Source: Antedon mediterranea (lineage: Eukaryota; Animalia; Echinodermata). Taken from it: a DNA stretch of 64,000 bases. A model generated the notes under the pieces. That model saw only the letters and a list, made by a program, of their open reading frames with translations. It was not told the origin of the DNA and searched no databases. The stretch is taken from the NCBI RefSeq assembly GCF_964355755.1, contig NC_092675.1, positions 17,270,912-17,334,911 of the forward strand, in the 5' to 3' direction. The position numbers and the translations under genes were made by a program. Below, in pieces: positions 60,903 through 64,000 of this stretch (positions are counted from its first letter, which is position 1; each line of letters opens with the position of its first letter).

Positions 60903-62594
60903 TATAATTGTTGTAAAAGTGATCAGATTTACAATGGGGATACCTCAAAGATTAATATTGAGCTGTTTTTTCTGGGCCAATTTTTATATAGTTATAACTT
61001 TACAAATACTTCACCAAGTGTTATATTTACCATTTGGGTAGTCAAGTGGATTGTAAACACAAATCTAAAATTTCAAATTTAAAATCTACGTATTCTGTAT
61101 GCGAGAAAAACATAACAAATAAATTTAGATTATTTAGTCAATTTGGGACTTTTGAGATGCAGTATCTTCATAAATAATTCACATACCATGTTTATATTTT
61201 CTGTATGACTTCTTGAGAGGGTTGGTAAACAGCATATGAAATTTAGTATTGTAATCTTAAATAGGTTTTTTATTTAGGAAGCTGTAAAAGCTGCGGTCTT
61301 TTACAAATTGTATAGATAATTTTGAAGTTTAGGCCATTTTTGAGGACTGATATCTTAGAAAATAGTTTACCATGTCTCCATATTAATGCATTGGGTATTC
61401 TAGTTGGATATTGACACACTGGTGTACTTTCCGGAAAAACCACTCTCATGCAGCATGCTACCAAAGCTACCGATCATACTTTTTTTCCTCCTCCTATTTA
61501 AAGGACGATAACATTCACTCAGTATTTTGTTTTGTGTTTAAGTTCAATGTGAACTTACGTCTAGGGGAAGCCCAGAAAAAAGCACAATGCTTTTGGTCAA
61601 ACCATGGATACATAGTTCAGATATTCTCCATAGTCAAAAGCTTCCATTAAAGACTTAGGTCAGGATTAGTGATAAATTTGTTTTGCATTTGTGTCTCCTC
61701 AACCTACACAACTATACACAGTACATACAAAGAAGTAAAAATAATGACAGTAAATTACCAATCAGTTAAATCATATAAAATAATGGGAAGACATCTGTAA
61801 TAAATTATCCTTTAATTACATAATTTAAAGATGTATTGTCCCTTTGACTAATTCCAAAAAAATGTGAAAAAAAAAGATTTCGAAAAAAAGTGGGTCATTT
61901 TGAAGTATCAAAATAGTTATTAACTTTTACCAAAAATTAGTTGGAAAAAAAAAATTATTTAACTGAAAAACAGACGTTTTTTTGTTCAAAAAATAACGTT
62001 GACTTCCAGTCAAAGTTTTCGATCAAAACATATCTCATAATGCAACGCACTTGTTTGGCTACTCTGTATGCATAATCATAAAACTTCCTCGCGATCTGAG
62101 TGTAAACACCTTCTCAACCATGACGAGTTGTAAACAATCCTAATTAGCATCATGCATAATGCATACTCGTGGTTTGAAATCTTTGTTTACTTTCGCTCAT
62201 GACAATTTTCCAGACGAAATTTAATTAAATTTATTTACCTGTTACGTAAACTTGTTGTTTTTGGCTCGAATTTTCGACTTAAAGTGAATGACTTTAATAT
62301 TACTTTGATATGGCCAATTTAAATTTAGAATATTTATACAAATACAAAAAATAAAATACAATCATGTGGTACAGATTTTTGAACATGTTTCCTTCGCGGG
62401 ACCACATGTCCAAATCACTCACGCCGATACATCCTGATGTACATCAAAATAATAGTACCAAAATCAATCGAATGATTTCTCAAAATTGACACACTGTGGA
62501 GAACTCATTGGAATGAGATGAAACAATAGGATTTACTGCTTCTCGCCTAAAACAAATTTAGTTTAATTTTAATAGTATAAAAATAATACTTCAA

Positions 62595-62850
62595 TCTTAT
62601 ATGGCGCTTAATGCACAAATTCTCTAAGACCTTCACCTCAGTCATTTTTGGGATCAAACAGTTTTGGAAACATTCTCCCAGTAATCAGCGCAGTTGTTTT
62701 TTGACCTATACCAGGTACCCATTTATGCACCTCGGTGGAGAGAGCCAAACGTACAGTAAGTAAAGTGTCTTGCCTAAGGATACAAGCAATGCAACAAGCT
62801 TTGAATTCGAACTCACGATTAATAGTTCAACGTCCAACACACTGTGCCAT
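62595..62850 (-). mobile_element. Deu-domain tRNA SINE (decayed)
   Basis: Minus strand: TGGCACAGTGTG A-box, GAGTTCGAATTC B-box, then TCCTTAGGCAAGACACTTTAC..CTCTCCACCGAGGTGCATAAATGGGTACC. Confidence 0.7.
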
Positions 62851-63596
62851 ATTTAGAACTTCTCGAGACTTCATAAATCATAGTTAGTATTGTGTAAAAA
62901 TTTAGAATGTAAAACACTTGAAGGCTATTGTTAACATTTTCTAATATTGGAAATTTAAGCTTGACAATCAATCTTTATTTTCCATTATAAAAACATACAT
63001 AACAAATTAAGATGTTGCACTACCTTTACATAACAGCACACAGTACTACATATTGAAAAAAAGACACAATTTGCATTACAGAAATGAACAATTTGGTAAT
63101 GGATATTATTATTATACATTGCTTCAAGTATTTAAGGTGAAAGTTGATACAATTTCACATCACATTCTCATTAGATACCGTCTCCTTTAACTGTATATAA
63201 TGTTAATGTTTTCTATTTCTTTTGTAATATATTCCTGATGATCTGTGTGTTACATGTATTTGTTACATTTAGTTAATCATTTAAGATTGAAGCGTTCCTT
63301 GTGGGTTTTGGGATGATTTAAAAAGCTTTTAAAGATGGATGATCTAAGCTGTTTATAATGGAAATTCATTATTTAAGCATTATTTAAAAAGACAAATAGC
63401 CTGAGGTTTAAATAGGTTCATCTCCTTCATAGATGGATTGTAGTATTCAACAAATTGCTAAATATAGTTAGTAGATTAGTATAATGCATTTGTTTTTATT
63501 AAAAACACAATACAAAAGGTATAAGATTATATATGCAACCAATACAAAGAAAACCAGAAATCAGACTACATAATGTTCTCACATCATGGGTTCCAT

Positions 63597-63800
63597 ATAT
63601 ACAGCCATACAGTGTTAAAACACCGGTTCTCGTCAGATCACCGAAGTTTAGACAATGATAGTGTAATGATAATATTGGACTAGCATGGTAAAGGCATGGG
63701 TTTCAGTCTATCTGTACTATACTAATTGTATCCTTAGGCAAGATGCTTTACTCTCATTGCCTCGTCCTTTGTATGGGATGTAAACCCTTTGGTCCTGTGA
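63597..63800 (+). mobile_element. 5S rRNA-headed SINE relic with tRNA-like and Meta-like segments
   Basis: GCCATACAGTGTTAAAACACCGGTTCTCGTCAGATCACCGAAGTT matches the 5' half of 5S rRNA, but the 3' half is absent. It is followed by degenerate A/B boxes and TCCTTAGGCAAGATGCTTTAC..GTCCTTTGTATGGGATGTAAACC..GGTCCTGTG. Confidence 0.6.
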
Positions 63801-64000
63801 ACTTGGTACACTATTCGCAGGGAATCGTCTCTGTAATGAATAAACGGACACGTTGTGTGATGCCAAGTGGGAGAGTATTTATTGTATGTTGTGCCTTTAT
63901 ATAGAAACATATACAGGTGGTATTTAAATGAAGTATAGCACCATCATATTACGTCCCCCCTTATAGACAAAACTTTTTCATTACAAATTGCATTAATTAC

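Noticed and set aside
63597-63655. 5S rRNA gene
   Set aside because: Only the diverged 5' half is present, with no box C or terminator, and it is fused to SINE sequence.
60610-64000. Remaining Brahma exons (end of bromodomain and C-terminal tail)
   Set aside because: No phase-0 acceptor followed by an IYEDS-like sequence was found; these exons are presumably beyond the window.

Overview
AT-rich, intron-containing animal genomic DNA, not prokaryotic. The SINE types and gene architectures suggest a marine invertebrate, plausibly a deuterostome such as an echinoderm (inference). Four protein-coding loci can be built by hand from GT-AG splice sites with consistent phases. (1) A Tctex1-domain dynein light chain with a single coding exon (+, 3133-3738). 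(2) A SYD-1/RhoGAP100F-type PDZ-C2-RhoGAP (+, 6321-20599), ending in the PDZ-binding motif -VTEV. (3) A multi-exon minus-strand gene almost invisible in the ORF track (32169 to 28841), whose translation and exon sizes/phases match Fanconi anaemia core-complex protein FANCC; its 3' part is damaged (stops, missing exons, adjacent Helitron). (4) Brahma/SMARCA2/4 (+, from 37317, 24 coding exons, running off the window), head-to-head with the FANCC-like gene. Introns and intergenic DNA are packed with non-autonomous transposons: four Helitrons, Helentron-associated (HINE/DINE-like) elements with internal tandem amplification, two adjacent Mutator-like MITEs with overlapping 9-bp TSDs, PIF/Harbinger, piggyBac, Kolobok-like, pogo and hAT-like elements, Deu- and Meta-type SINEs, a 5S-headed SINE, and gag and hAT transposase relics. 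There is no CRISPR array and no intact rRNA or tRNA gene. All homology calls come from my own reading and recall of family sequences; no database searches were run.
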